A DNA stretch of 64,000 nt from contig NC_086108.1 in assembly GCF_963921235.1 (NCBI RefSeq), positions 51,524,001-51,588,000 of the forward strand. Reading direction: 5' to 3'. Below the pieces are notes generated by a model, which ran no database searches, was not told the DNA's origin, and saw only the letters and a program-made list of their open reading frames with translations. The translations under genes and the position numbers were made by a program. Below, piece after piece: positions 1 through 12,300 of the stretch. Numbering within the stretch: position 1 is the stretch's first letter; every line of letters starts with the position of its first letter. This DNA is from Mobula hypostoma. Taxonomy: Eukaryota.

Positions 1-1940
1 GAGAAAATAAAGTCTGACGTAGCAGTATTTCAGTTGAGTCAAGGAAATTACAATAGTATGAGAGAGGAGTTGGCCAAAGTAAATTAGAGGGAGCTGCTGG
101 CTGGGATGACAGCAGAGGAGCAATGGCATGACTTTCTGGGGAAAATGAGAAAGGTGCAGGACAGATGTATTCCAAAATGAAGAAATACCCAAATGGCAAA
201 ATCGTACAACGTGGCAGACAAGGAAAGTCAAAGCTAATGTAAAAACAAAAGAGAGAGCATACAACAAAGCAAAAATTAGCGGGAAGATAGAGGATTGGGA
301 AGCTTTTAAAAACCTACAAAGAGCAACTAATGGAATCATTAGAAGGGAAAAGATGAAATGTGAAAACAATATGAAAGTGAATTGTAAAGCCTTTTTCAAG
401 TAGATATATAAAAGAAGAAAGATGAGAGTGGATATAGGACCACTAGAAAATGAGGTCGGAGGAATAATAATGGGGGAACAAGGAGATGGTAGATGAACTA
501 AACGAGTATATTGCATCATGGAAGACACTACAGATGTTGTACTATGTGTAGTCAGTTGTTGTAGTATGTGAAGGAAGAGAAGTGAATGCAGTTACCATTA
601 CAAGGGAGAAAGTGCTCAAAAGACCTAAAGGTACTCAAGTCATCCAGACCAAATGAACTGCACCCTAGGGTGCTGAATGGGGTAGTGTTAGAGATTGTGG
701 AGGCATTAGAAATGATCTTTCAAAAATCTTTGGTCTCTGGCATGGTGCCAGAGGACTGGAGAATTGCATATGTCACTCCACTCTTTAAGAAAGGAGGGAG
801 ACAACAGAAAGGAAATTATAGACAAGTTAGCTTGACTTCAGTGATGGGGAGGATGTTGGAATCAATTGTCAAGGATGAGGTTCTGGAATACTTGGTGACA
901 CAGGGCAAGATAGGACAAGGTCAGATGGTTTCCTTAAGGAAAAATCTTGCCTGACGAACCTATTGAAATTCTTTGAGGAGATTATAAGCAGGATAGATAA
1001 AGGGGATGCAGTGGATGTTGTATATTTGGATTTTCAGAAGGCCTTTGACAAGGTGCCACACAGGAGGCTGCTTACCAAGTTAGGAGACCATGATATTACA
1101 GGAAAGTTTTAACATGGCTAGAGCAAGAAAGTGCAATGTTGGAAAATGCATGGACATACTTTGGAAGAAGAAAGAAATAAGAAACTATTTTCTAAACAGG
1201 GAGAAAATCCAAAAATCTGAGATGCAAAGGGACTTGGGAGTCCTTGAGCAGAACACTCTAAAGGTTAACTTGCAGGTTGAGTTGGCGGTGAGGAAGGCAA
1301 ATGCAGTGTTAGCATTCATTTCAAGAGGTCTAGAACATAAGAGCAGGGATGGGATGCTGAGGATTTAAAGACACTGGTGAGGCCTCAGCTTGCGTATTGT
1401 GGACAGTTTTGGACTCCTCATCTAAGAAGAGATGTGCTGGCATTGGAGAGGGTCCAGAGGCGGTTCACTAGGATGATTCCAGGAATGAAAGGGTTATCAT
1501 ACGAGGAACATTGGAATGCACTGGGTCTGTATTTGCTGGAATTTAGAAGGATGAAGGGGGATCTCATTGAAACCATTTGAATGTTGAAAGGCCTAGACAA
1601 AGTAGATGTGGAAAGGATGTTTCCCATGGTGGGAGAGTCTAGGACAAGAAGGCACAACCTCAGGATAGAGAGGTGTCCATTTAAAACAGAGATGTGGAGA
1701 AATTTCTTTAGCCAGAGAATGGTGAATTTGTGGAATTTGTTACTAGAGGCAGCTGTGGAGGCCAGGTTTTTGGGTGTATTTAAGGCAGAGATTGATAGGT
1801 TCTTGATTGGACACAACATCAAAGGTTGCAGGGAAAATGCCGGGAAATGGGGTTGAGGAGGGGAAAAAGGGATCAGCTATGATTGAATGGTGGAGCAGAT
1901 TCGATGTGCCAAATGGCCTAATTCTGCACCTACGTCTTAT
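1..1940 (+). mobile_element. CR1-clade LINE, degenerate ORF2 (RT) plus 3' UTR; left end lies outside the window
   Basis: Frameshifted ORF pieces carry CR1 ORF2 motifs (VPEDWRIAYVTPLFKKG, YLDFQKAFDKV, LERVQRRFTRMIPG, RNFFSQRMVNLWN). Typical CR1 3' end (…gccaaatggcctaattctgcacctacgtcttat). Confidence 0.93.
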
Positions 1941-2098
1941 TTTGTGTGTGTTACTTAAACATAAATATTGCTGATTTTAGGCAAATTTCTTCTTGAACAG
2001 TATGTACAGTGTTTAAACTCGGTTCTGAATAAAGTGGAAATAATTCAAGATCAGTGGGGTGATTTCATGGGACTGTGAAGTCTTGTGGTTAGATAGAT

Positions 2099-2711
2099 CA
2101 GTGGTCCCCAACCTCAGGCCGTGAAGCATGCAGAGGTGCAGCGGTAGCCGAAGCACACCCAGCACATCTTTAAGAAAAAAGCCGAAATAAACAAGCTAAT
2201 TGATTCGGTGCTGCCCAGCACGTAAATGTCGGACCAGATCAGAGGCAATTGCTGATTTCACTTGCTCTACACAATGTTCACTCCTCTTTCCAGGGCGCTG
2301 GAGCCTGTAGCTGTTCCATTGTTTGGTCAATTTAAACGCCAGCCCAGACAGTCTGAGAAGACAGGGCTGTCAGGATCGAGGTGACATGTTGAATCTACAC
2401 AAACTTCTAATAAAGTATAGGTGCTGCCGTGCTTTCTTTGTAATGACAGGTACATGCTGGTCCCAGGACAGATCCTCTGACACTTTCCAGAGAGAGAAAC
2501 ATCGATCCTTAATGCCGAAGAATTTAAAGTCGTTGACCATCTCCACCTCAGTTCCTCTAATGAAGGCTGGCTTCTGGGTGGCACCTAATTAATTAGCTTG
2601 TTTATTTCAGCTTATTTCTTAAAGATGTGCTGGGTGCGCTCCGGCTACCGCTGCACCCCTGCATACTTCGCGGCCCTGTATTGGTCTGCGCCTGGAGGTT
2701 GAGGACCACTG
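2099..2711. mobile_element. Non-autonomous hAT (Charlie-like) MITE with long terminal inverted repeats
   Basis: Termini CAGTGGTCCCCAACCT / AGGTTGAGGACCACTG; ~110-130 bp inverted arms (2099-2211 vs ~2580-2711); 8-bp TSD AGATAGAT at 2091-2098 and 2712-2719. Confidence 0.88.
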
Positions 2712-2712
2712 A

Positions 2713-3342
2713 GATAGATTTAGATTATGAGGACACGCAGTCCTCTTTTATTGTCATTTAGTAATGCATGCATCAAGAAATGATACAATATTCCTCCAGT
2801 GTGATATCACAAAACACAGGACAGACCAAGACTGAAAAAACTAACAAAACCACATAATTATAACATATAGTTACAACGTGCAACAATACCATAACTTGAT
2901 GAAGAACAGTCCATGGCACAGTAAAAGAGTTCAAAGTTTCTTGGAAGTCCCACATCTCACACAGATGGGAGAAGGAAGAAAACTCTCCCTGCCATGCCTG
3001 ACCACAGTCCGACTCTGAGTTGTCCAAAAACTTCAAGCCTCCGATCAGCCCTCCGACACCGAGTACCGAGCACCATCTCTATCCGAACGATTTGACCTCA
3101 GTCTCGGTCCCCAGCAGCAGGCAAAGCCGGGGATTTTGAGGCCTTCCCTCCGGAAGATTCTCGATCGTGCAGTAACAACAGCAGCGAACCCGCGTTTCAG
3201 AAATTTCTCCAGATGTTCCTCTGTGCTTTCACGTCTGTCTCCATCAAATCAGAATTGTCCACAGCCCCTATTTAATGGATACGATATCATTTTCACCGGA
3301 GAGCTGCGCATGCACGGCGCGCTGCTGTCTTCTCCTCCCGCC
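2713..3342 (-). mobile_element. Non-coding SINE-like retroposon of unassigned family, with AATAAA and a microsatellite-like 3' tail
   Basis: Clearly homologous to 39590-40255 (shared blocks such as agattatgagga/gaacac…gtcctcttt…attgtcatttag and cacgtctgtctc…atcaaatcag). Minus-strand 3' end reads aataaaagaggactgcgtgtcctcataatctaaatct. Confidence 0.7.
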
Positions 3343-3626
3343 AGATGTGCTGGGTGCGCTCTGGCTACCCCTGCACCCCTGCATGCTTCGCGGCCTGGTA
3401 TCGGTCCTCAGCCTGGAGGTTGAGGATGACCCAAGAAAAGTCAAATGGCTTCCATTTACTGTTTTGCCATTACATTGTGATGAGAGAAGTATTTGACATT
3501 GTTAGAGTGATTTGGGGTTTCGACATTTACATTTAGCAAATGCCTTCTCAGCTACCAATCTGCAAATCTGAATGTAAATTGTAGATTTAATGTAAATGAG
3601 CACTAGGTTCCTAAAAGCTGTGAATC

Positions 3627-6600
3627 ACATAGAAACATAGAAACATAGAAAATAGGTGCAGGAGTAGGCCATTCGGCCCTTCGAGCCTGCACCGCCATTT
3701 ATTATGATCATGGCTGATCATCCAACTCAGAACCCAGCCTTCCCTCCATACCCCCTGACCCCTGTAGCCACAAGGGCCATATCTAACTTCCTTTTAAACA
3801 TAGCTAATGAACTGGCCTCAACAGTTTGCTGTGGCAGAGAATTCCACAGATTCACCACTCTCTGTGTGAAGAAGTTTTTCCTAACCTCGGTCCTAAAAGG
3901 CTTCCCCTCTATCCTCAAACTGTGACCCCTCGTTCTAGACCTCCCCAACATCGGGAACAATCTTCCCGCATCTAGCCTGTCCAATCCCTTTAGGATCTTA
4001 TACGTTTCAATCAGATCCCCCCTCAATCTTCTAAATTCCAACGAGTACAAGCCCAGTTCATCCAGTCTTTCTTCATATGAAAGACCTGCCATCCCAGGAA
4101 TCAATCTGGTGAACCTTCTTTGTACTCCCTCTATGGCAAAGATGTCTTTCCTCAGATTAGGGGACCAAAACTGCACACAATACTCCAGGTGTGGTCTCAC
4201 CAAGGCCTTGTACAACTGCAGTAGTACCTCCCTGCTCCTGTACTCGAATCCTCTCGCTATAAATGCCAGCATACCGTTCGCCTTTTTCACCGCCTGCTGT
4301 ACCTGCATGCCCACTTTCAATGACTGGTGTATAATGACACCCAGGTCTCGTTGCACCTCCCCTTTTCCTAATCGGCCACCATTCAGATAATAATCTGTTT
4401 TCCTATTTTTGCCACCAAAGTGGATAACTTCACATTTATCCACATTAAATTGCATCTGCCATGAGTTTGCCCACTCACCCAACCTATCCAAGTCACCCTG
4501 CATCCTCTTAGCATCCTCCTCACTGCTAACACTGCCACCCAGCTTCGTGTCATCCGCAAACTTGGAGATGCTGCATTTAATTCCCTCATCCAAGTCATTA
4601 ATATATATTGTAAACAACTGGGGTCCCAGCACTGAGCCTTGCGGTACCCCACTAGTCACCGCCTGCCATTCTGAAAAGGTCCCATTTATTCCCACTCTTT
4701 GCTTCCTGTCTGCTAACCAATTCTCCACCCACACCAATACCTTACCCCCAATACCGTGTGCTTTAAGTTTGCACATTAATCTCCTGTTTGGGACCTTGTC
4801 AAAAGCCTTTTGAAAATCCAAATATACCACATCCACTGGTTCTCCCCTATCCACTCTACTAGTTACATCCTCAAAAAATTCTATGAGACTCGTCAGACAT
4901 GATTTTCCTTTCACAAATCCATGCTGACTTTGTCCGATCATTTCACCGCTTTCCAAATGTGCTGTTATCACATCCTTGATAACTGACTCCAGCAGTTTCC
5001 CCACCACCGACGTTAGGCTAACCGGCCTATAATTCCCCGGTTTCTCTCTCCCTCCTTTTTTAAAAAGTGGGGTTACATTAGCCACCCTCCAATCCTCAGG
5101 AACTAGTCCAGAATCTAACGAGTTTTGAAAAATTATCACTAATGCATCCACTATTTCTTGGGCCACTTCCTTAAGCACTCTGGGATGCAGACCATCTGGC
5201 CCTGGGGATTTATCTGCCTTCAATCCCTTCAATTTACCTAACACCACTTCCCTACTAACATGTATTTCGCTCAGTTCCTCCATCTCACTGGACCCTCTGT
5301 CCCTTACTATTTCTGGAAGATTATTTATGTCCTCCTTAGTGAAGACAGAACCAAAGTAATTATTCAATTGTTCTGCCATGTCCTTGCTCCCCATAATCAA
5401 TTCACCTGTTTCTGTCTGCAGGGGACCTACATTTGTCTTTATCAGTCTTTTCCTTTTTACATATCTATAAAAGCTTTTACAGTCCGTTTTTATGTTCTCT
5501 GCCAGTTTTCTCTCATAATCTTTTTTCCCCTTCCTAATTAAGCCCTTTGTCCTCCTCTGCTGAACTCTGAATTTCTCCCAGTCCTCAGGTGAGCCACTTT
5601 CTCTGGCTAATTTGTATGCTACTTCTTTGGAATTGATACTATCCCTAATTTCTCTTGTCAGCCACGGGTGCACTACCTTCCTTGATTTATTCTTTTGCCA
5701 AACTGGGACGAACAATTGTTGTAGTTCATCCATGCAACCTTTAAATGCCTGCCATTGCATATCCACCGTCAATCCTTGAAGTGTCATTTGCCAGTCTATC
5801 TTAGCTAATTCACGTCTCATACCTTCAAAGTTACCCCTCTTTAAGTTCAGAACCTTTGTTTCTGAATTAACTACGTCACTCTCCATGTTAATGAAGAATT
5901 CCGCCATATTATGGTCACTCTCACCCAAGGGGCCTCTCACGACAAGATCGCTAATTAACCCTTCCTCATTGCTCAAAACCCAGTCCAGAATAGCCTGCTC
6001 TCTAGTCGGTTCCTCGACATGTTGGTTCAAAAAACCATCCCGCATACATTCCAAGAAATCCTCTTCCTCAGCACCTTTACCAATTTGGTTCACCCAGTCT
6101 ACATGTAGATTGAAGTCACCCATTATAACTGCTGTTCCTTTATTGCACACATTTCTAATTTCCTGTTTAATACCATCTCCGACCTCACTACTACTGTTAG
6201 GTGGCCTGTACACAACTCCCACCAGCGTCTTCTGCCCCTTAGTGTTACGCAGCTCTACCCATATCGATTCCACATCTTCCCGGCTTATGTCCTTCCTTTC
6301 TATTGCGTTAATCTCTTTTTTAACCAGCAACGTCACCCCACCTCCCCTTCCTTCATGTCTATCCCTCCTGAATATTGAATATCCCTGAACGTTGAGCTCC
6401 CATCCCTGGTCACCCTGGAGCCATGTCTCTGTGATCCCAACTATATCATAATCATTAATAACAATCTGCACTTTCAATTCATCCACCTTATTACGAATGC
6501 TCCTTGCATTGACACATAAAGCCTTCAGGCGCTCTTTTACAACTCTCTTAGCCCTTTTTAATGCTTGCCCTGGATTTGTCGGCCTGCCACTTTTACTTTT

Positions 6601-6740
6601 CCCCTTTGTACTTTTTGCTTCTACGCTCACATTACACCCCTCTGTCTCTCTGCACTGGTTCCCATCCCTCTGTTGTGAACTAACCTCCTCACACCTAGCT
6701 GCTTTAATTTGATTCCCACCCCCCAACCATTCTAGTTTAC
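3627..6740 (-). mobile_element. Young CR1 LINE, 5'-truncated at about the ORF1/ORF2 junction
   Basis: 3' tail of (TTTCTATG)n repeats (plus strand catagaaacatagaaacatagaaa at ~3628-3651), CR1 3' UTR, and an uninterrupted ORF2. Confidence 0.96.
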
Positions 6741-6768
6741 AGACCAGACCATGCTGATTAAAATTCAT
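3727..6768 (-). CDS. CR1 ORF2: apurinic-like endonuclease plus reverse transcriptase (1013 aa; the first ~10 codons probably come from flanking DNA)
   Basis: APE motifs NARSIRNK, GITETWL, VVYRPP, MGDFN, LDWVL, ESDHN. RT motifs [42 protein letters not shown]. No stops or frameshifts. Confidence 0.95.
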   Translation of the reverse strand: MNFNQHGLVCKLEWLGGGNQIKAARCEEVSSQQRDGNQCRETEGCNVSVEAKSTKGKSKSGRPTNPGQALKRAKRVVKERLKALCVNARSIRNKVDELKVQIVINDYDIVGITETWLQGDQGWELNVQGYSIFRRDRHEGRGGGVTLLVKKEINAIERKDISREDVESIWVELRNTKGQKTLVGVVYRPPNSSSEVGDGIKQEIRNVCNKGTAVIMGDFNLHVDWVNQIGKGAEEEDFLECMRDGFLNQHVEEPTREQAILDWVLSNEEGLISDLVVRGPLGESDHNMAEFFINMESDVVNSETKVLNLKRGNFEGMRRELAKIDWQMTLQGLTVDMQWQAFKGCMDELQQLFVPVWQKNKSRKVVHPWLTREIRDSINSKEVAYKLARESGSPEDWEKFRVQQRRTKGLIRKGKKDYERKLAENIKTDCKSFYRYVKRKRLIKTNVGPLQTETGELIMGSKDMAEQLNNYFGSVFTKEDINNLPEIVRDRGSSEMEELSEIHVSREVVLGKLKGLKADKSPGPDGLHPRVLKEVAQEIVDALVIIFQNSLDSGLVPEDWRVANVTPLFKKGGREKPGNYRPVSLTSVVGKLLESVIKDVITAHLESGEMIGQSQHGFVKGKSCLTSLIEFFEDVTSRVDRGEPVDVVYLDFQKAFDKVPNRRLMCKLKAHGIGGKVLVWVENWLADRKQRVGINGTFSEWQAVTSGVPQGSVLGPQLFTIYINDLDEGIKCSISKFADDTKLGGSVSSEEDAKRMQGDLDRLGEWANSWQMQFNVDKCEVIHFGGKNRKTDYYLNGGRLGKGEVQRDLGVIIHQSLKVGMQVQQAVKKANGMLAFIARGFEYRSREVLLQLYKALVRPHLEYCVQFWSPNLRKDIFAIEGVQRRFTRLIPGMAGLSYEERLDELGLYSLEFRRLRGDLIETYKILKGLDRLDAGRLFPMLGRSRTRGHSLRIEGKPFRTEVRKNFFTQRVVNLWNSLPQQTVEASSLAMFKRKLDMALVATGVRGYGGKAGF

Positions 6769-8193
6769 TTAGATGTCTGTGGTGTGGGTGTGAATTGGGA
6801 GGTGTGAAGTTTGTGTGTAGTCTCAAAGAAATCATGTAGGTACACTGTAAATATGGAATTGTCCTTTGATGTTTAGCACATAAAATATTGAGCCCCCACA
6901 TTGTGCCATCCAGATCTTTCAACAGAAAACATCTCCATATGATGTACCTTGTGTTGTCAAACAAAAAAGCTGCTTCATATCTACCAGCACTTTTCTCCAG
7001 TGAATTCATTCACACAACAACATGATCTGGCTTGTCTTGAGTAACATATCTTCTACTCCTGAAGGCAGATTGCATTTGTGGAGTTAAACTTTATCTCAGG
7101 TTGATATATTTAACTTGCCATATTCCACCTTTAATATTTCAAAAATTACCTGCATCAGATTTCCACTGCTTAGTGAAAATTCATTGTGGGTGCAGACTAA
7201 ATGTCAGCTAAACAATTAATTAATGCTAACTGAAATATCACTTAAACTCAACTTGTTATTTCCTGGCACTCCCAGCCTGCATATGCTGGCACCTCCCAGT
7301 CTCCACCCTGGTAATTGGATTCACCTTGTTCACTTATCAGACCAGCTAGTTGCTCCTATCTTTCACTCTCCATCCTCAAGTTCACCTTGTTGCCTGCTGT
7401 GTTTCATTTCCACTGTCTCATTCTGTGGCCCCCTGTGGTTTGTTATTCTGCATTTTATTATGGAAGTTTTCATTCCCCACTGAGTTCTCTGAACTGCCCT
7501 GCTTCTGGGCCAAGCTTCCTCTACATTTCCTGACAGGATGAGTGAACCAACAGCTGACGCAGAAGAGTATGCTCATCTAAAGGAAGTCATCCGCTGATAT
7601 AAGCACACGATCCAGAAGCAGCAGGAAAGCATTGACCATTTGTCCACCACTCTCATCCAGCTCTCTGCCTAGGTGTAACCACTCTGTGGCAGCTAACCTT
7701 CTCCCTCTGAGCCCTTGATTCCTGTGCCCGAATGCTTCGATGAACCTCCAACCTGAAGCTGCAACTTCCTATTCCTGTGCATCTTCTGTGGAATCATAGA
7801 AACGTACAGCACAGAAACAGGCCCTTCAGTCCATCTAGTCTGCACTGAACCGTCTAAACTGTCTCGTCCCATCGACCTGCACTGGGACCATACTCTCCAT
7901 GCCCCTTCCGTCCATGTACCTATACAAACTTCTCTTAAACATTAAAATCAGCTTGCATGCACCCACCACTTGCACTGGCAGCTCATGCCACACTCTCACA
8001 ACCCTCTGACTAAAGAAGTTACTCCTCATGTTCCTCATAAACATTTCATCTTTCACCCTTAATCCATGACCTCTAGTTGTAGTCGTTGCCCCCCAAACTC
8101 AGTGGGAAAAGCCTGCATGCATTCACCCTATAATTACCCTTCATAATTTTGTTTACCTCAATCAAAGCTCCCCTCAATCTTCTACATTCCAAG

Positions 8194-8885
8194 TGTAAGG
8201 GGTTTCTTCTTTTATGTTACTGCGTAGGCTAATTAAAATGGCTTCTTTGTTATGTTAACTGCTGAGAAAGTTCTCTCGCTAGCAGCTTGTTTGGGTTATA
8301 GAGTGAGTTGTATTCAGTTGCTAACAAATTGGGATAGATGTTATTCTTTCTAGTGTGTCTGTAAGCTATTGTGATGCGCGGGTTTTGGGCAGAAGGCACG
8401 ATGGGGAGAGAGAGAGTGGACGCGATGCTGTGAGCTGGCCAACAGGGCGGACCATGAGCCAAACTCTAAGGTCCAGGGTCTTTGGCAAGGAGAGAAGACG
8501 AAGACAGACTCGTGTGGAGCATCTGGTCGACCACCGTGGTTGGTCCCAGGCGGCGGGTCGAGGTGGTCAGAGGGGATCGAATGTTGAGAAGAGGACTGTT
8601 ACTACAGCTCCAACTGTTTGTGCATGAAGAGGTTGAACTTTGATAAGATAAGTTTGGCGCCTTTTACTTTCCTTTTATATTTTATCTCTATTAATTATGT
8701 AGTTCCAGTGATATCTATAAATTGTAATGATTTAATCGTATATGGTGTATTGTCTGTTATTTGCTGGGGTGGGGTACATCACACAGCATCCACACAAACT
8801 TAATTATCCAGTTTGGCGGGGTCGAAGGCTGCTCCCCCTAGACGACAGCGAGTTGAGTGAGCATGAGGCTTACCCGGGGGCTACA
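8194..8885. mobile_element. Solo LTR (A)
   Basis: TGTAAG…CCCGGGGGCTACA termini (TG…CA); abrupt insertion into CR1 coding sequence; no ORF. Confidence 0.75.
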
Positions 8886-8893
8886 CACAGAAT

Positions 8894-9395
8894 TGTAATG
8901 CCCTGGTTCATACTTTTACTGTTATGCTGTATATATTTCATTTTGGCAGTTCTGTAAGAGCAGTTTGTTTTCAGCTTGTTTGGGTTATTGTTGAAGACAG
9001 GAAATGAAGAGAGAAGATGCAGGAGAGAAGAGGTTGCAGGATTCGACCCGGAGTGGGACCATGATTTGATGAAGCCTGGGGTGAGATCAGTGACTTGGAG
9101 AAACTGAGCTCCAACTTGTGCACATTAGACTGTTTGATTAAAATGAGCCATTTTCTTTTTTTGTTCTTTTCTGTACTAATCCTTTAGTCAAACTAAGAAT
9201 CATAATGAAAATCTTTTAATTGTATGCAGTGTACTGTCTGTTATTCTGTGGCACTAATTTGTAACAGGGAAGTAAATTACACAGCAGCCACACAAACAGG
9301 GGTTTGGGTGGGAACACGCCTCTATCTCATGAGTTTGTTGGGGCCAGAGGTTGTCTTCCCTAGACTTACACAACCAAGGAAACCGGGGGCTTTCA
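8894..9395. mobile_element. Solo LTR (B), a diverged relative of LTR A
   Basis: TGTAAT…CCGGGGGCTTTCA termini; 4-bp TSD GAAT (8890-8893 / 9396-9399); shares the blocks agctccaact and ccacacaaac with LTR A. Confidence 0.8.
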
Positions 9396-12300
9396 GAATA
9401 AAGTCCTAAGCTATTCAATCCTTCCTAATAACTCTGATCTTCCAGACATCCTCGTAAATTTTTCCTGTATTCTTTCAACCTTATTTAGGTAGGTGACCAA
9501 AACTGCACACAAGACTCCAAATTAGGTCTCACCAATGTCTTACACAACTTCAACATAACATCCTATCTCCTGTACTTAATACATTGATTTATGAAGGAAA
9601 ATGTGCCAAAAGCTTCCTCTACAAGCCTGTGACACCACTTTCAATGATTATGGACGTGTATTCCCAGATCTTTTTGTTCTACCACACTCCTCAGTGCCCT
9701 CCTGTTCAATGTGTAAAACCTATCCTGGTTGGTCCTACATCTCACACTTGTCTGCACTAAATCTCATCTGCCATTTTGCCAGCTGGTCCAGATCTCACTG
9801 CAAGCTCTGCTAGTCTTCCTCGCTGTCCACTCTACCCCCAATCTCGGTGCCATTTGCATACTTGCTGATCCATCCACATTATCCTCCAGATCTTGACAAA
9901 CAACAACGGACTCAGCACTGATCCCTGTGGCACTCCACTAGTCACAGGCCTCCAGTCAGAGAGGCAACCCTCTACTACCACTCTGACTTCTCCCACAAAG
10001 CCAATGTCTAATTTAACTTACCACCTCATCTTGATGCCAGGCAACTGAACTTCCTTGACCAACCTCCCATAATGGACCTTGTCAAAGTCCTAGCTAAAGT
10101 CTTATGTAGACAACATCCACTGCCTTGTCTTCATCAATTTACCTGGTAACTTCCTCAAAAATCTCTATAAGATTAGTTAGGTACGATGTAACACACACAA
10201 AGCCACACTGACTATCCATAATCAGTCCCTGTCTATCCAAATACCTATCTATACAATCCCCTAGGACCCTCGCGGCAGATTGTGGCCGGAATGCAGAAGC
10301 GCTGGTAGCCCATTACCATCGTGTTCTCTCAGAGCACTTGAAAGCTGAACTGTGTACCAACCTTCCAGATGGATTCTGGCACAGAAGACAATTTTTTTGG
10401 ATAATACTCTATTTTTACAGATTGGAATCCCTAACAAACCTCTTTCTCACCCCTTCAACATCACAGCTCTTGGCAAATGTCCCTTGTGGTTTGGGATAGT
10501 CAAGGCCTGTGCACAAGAGTGTCAGAGAGCACCACGAATACATCCAATTCCTCCTGATTGACTTACTCAACACTCATCCTAGATTATTCCTGGCTCTCTT
10601 TGCACAACCCTTACTTTACCTCGTCATCCAGTATACTGCTAAGTTGGGGACACAACTGCCGGACCTCCTACCTGAAACCCCAGATGATTTCACCCCATAA
10701 ATCCATGGAGACCGAGGAAGCCCTTGACCTTACCAGACTCCCACAGGAATATCATGACTTAGACATCGCCTTCAGTAAAAGGAAGCCAGCACCCTGAAAC
10801 CTCAGAGACCGCAGGACTATGCGAATGACTCCTTGCGGGGAACCACAGTCTGTTCTCCTTCTCTCCTCCGAAGACCCACGCCATGAATGACTAATCACTG
10901 AAGCATTGCACACTGTTTCATTCATCCAACCCAGTCCCCAGCTGGTGCAGGATTCTTCTTTGTCAAGATAGATGGGGGTCTCCATCCATTTAGTCAATGA
11001 AATCACCATTAAGAACAGCGATCCTCTCTCCTTGATGGATAGCACATTTGAAACACTCCGCAGGGCTCAGATGTTCACTGAAATAGGTCTACGGAGCACA
11101 TACAACCTGATCTGCTTCCGCCAGGGGGATGAGTGGAAGACAGTGTTCATAACACCCACCAGTCACCATGAATACTTGATGACACTTTTCAGACTCTCAA
11201 ATAGTTCAGCCATCTTCTAAGCCTACATTAACAAGCTCCTCCGAGACAGGCACACGAGTATGTGTTCGCCCACTTCAATGACTTTCTTATCTTCTCCAAG
11301 AACCCCCAAGACCATATCTGTCACGTCAGTTCAGTCCTCAGCACCTCTTCAAAAAGCAACTGTACTGCAAGTTAGAAAAATGCCAGTTCCAAACCCCAGT
11401 TGTCTCCTTCCTGGGTTACATCCTTTCACCCCACGGCATCACCATGGACCCAGAGAAAATGCGCACCGTTATTAGAATAGCCCCGATTTCACATCCTCAA
11501 ACAGCTACAGTGTTTCTTAGGCTTCAACTTCTTCCGCTGTTTCAAAAAAAAACTACAGCCATATCGCTGCTCTTTCACCTCCTTCACCAAGTCATCTACC
11601 TCATGGATAACTTGGTTTGCTGTCGAGGAACTCAAGAGATGCTTCATCACCGTTCCTATTCTCCACCATCTGAACCCCACCAGACCTTCTGTGGTAGAGG
11701 TGGACACATCTGACTTGGGTGCCTGGGGTCATCCTCTCCCAGCAAGGGGTGGATGGGAAGACACACCCTTATGCCTTCTTCTCACACATATTCAACACTA
11801 CACTGCACAAATATGGAGTAGGAGACAGGGAGCTACTCACTATTAAATGGGCCTTGGAGGAATGGAGACATTAGCTGATGGGAAACATTGAGCCCTTCCT
11901 GATCTGGACTGACCACCAGAACCTCACATCCAGACAACAGACCCACCAACTCAACCCAGGTTAGGCTCCCTGAGCCCTGTTCTTCAAATGATTCAACTTC
12001 ACAATCTTCTACTGACCCAGTTCCAAGAACTCAAAGGCTGATGCCCTGTCACAACAGTTCAACACAGCTGAAGGGAAGATCAACTCTCAACCTCACAGAT
12101 CCTCACAGACCCTCGCCCTGATTGTCTGGAACCTTGAGAGCCAGATCTGCCAGGCCCCACATCACAAGGCTGCCTCAGCCAGTGAGCACTCCAGTGGACC
12201 CACTCACTCCTCACCCATCCCTGGTCACCCAAGTGCACGACGGACTCTGGATTTTCTGTGACGCCAGTTCTGGTGGCCCTCTGTGATCACAGATATACAT

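Larger units (their letters stand above)
7790..10260 (-). mobile_element. CR1 LINE 3' fragment inserted in the Gypsy gag region, itself split by the solo LTRs at 8194-9395
   Basis: CR1 3' end at ~7794; ORF RSNFFSQRVVRVW. The sequence is continuous across the insertion (…ctacattccaag | gaataaagtcc…), and RT remnants run to ~10260. Confidence 0.85.

Noticed and set aside
4109..6712. Plus-strand ORFs antisense to CR1 ORF2 (and similar antisense ORFs over other LINEs and Penelope repeats)
   Set aside because: Shadow ORFs of transposon sequence.
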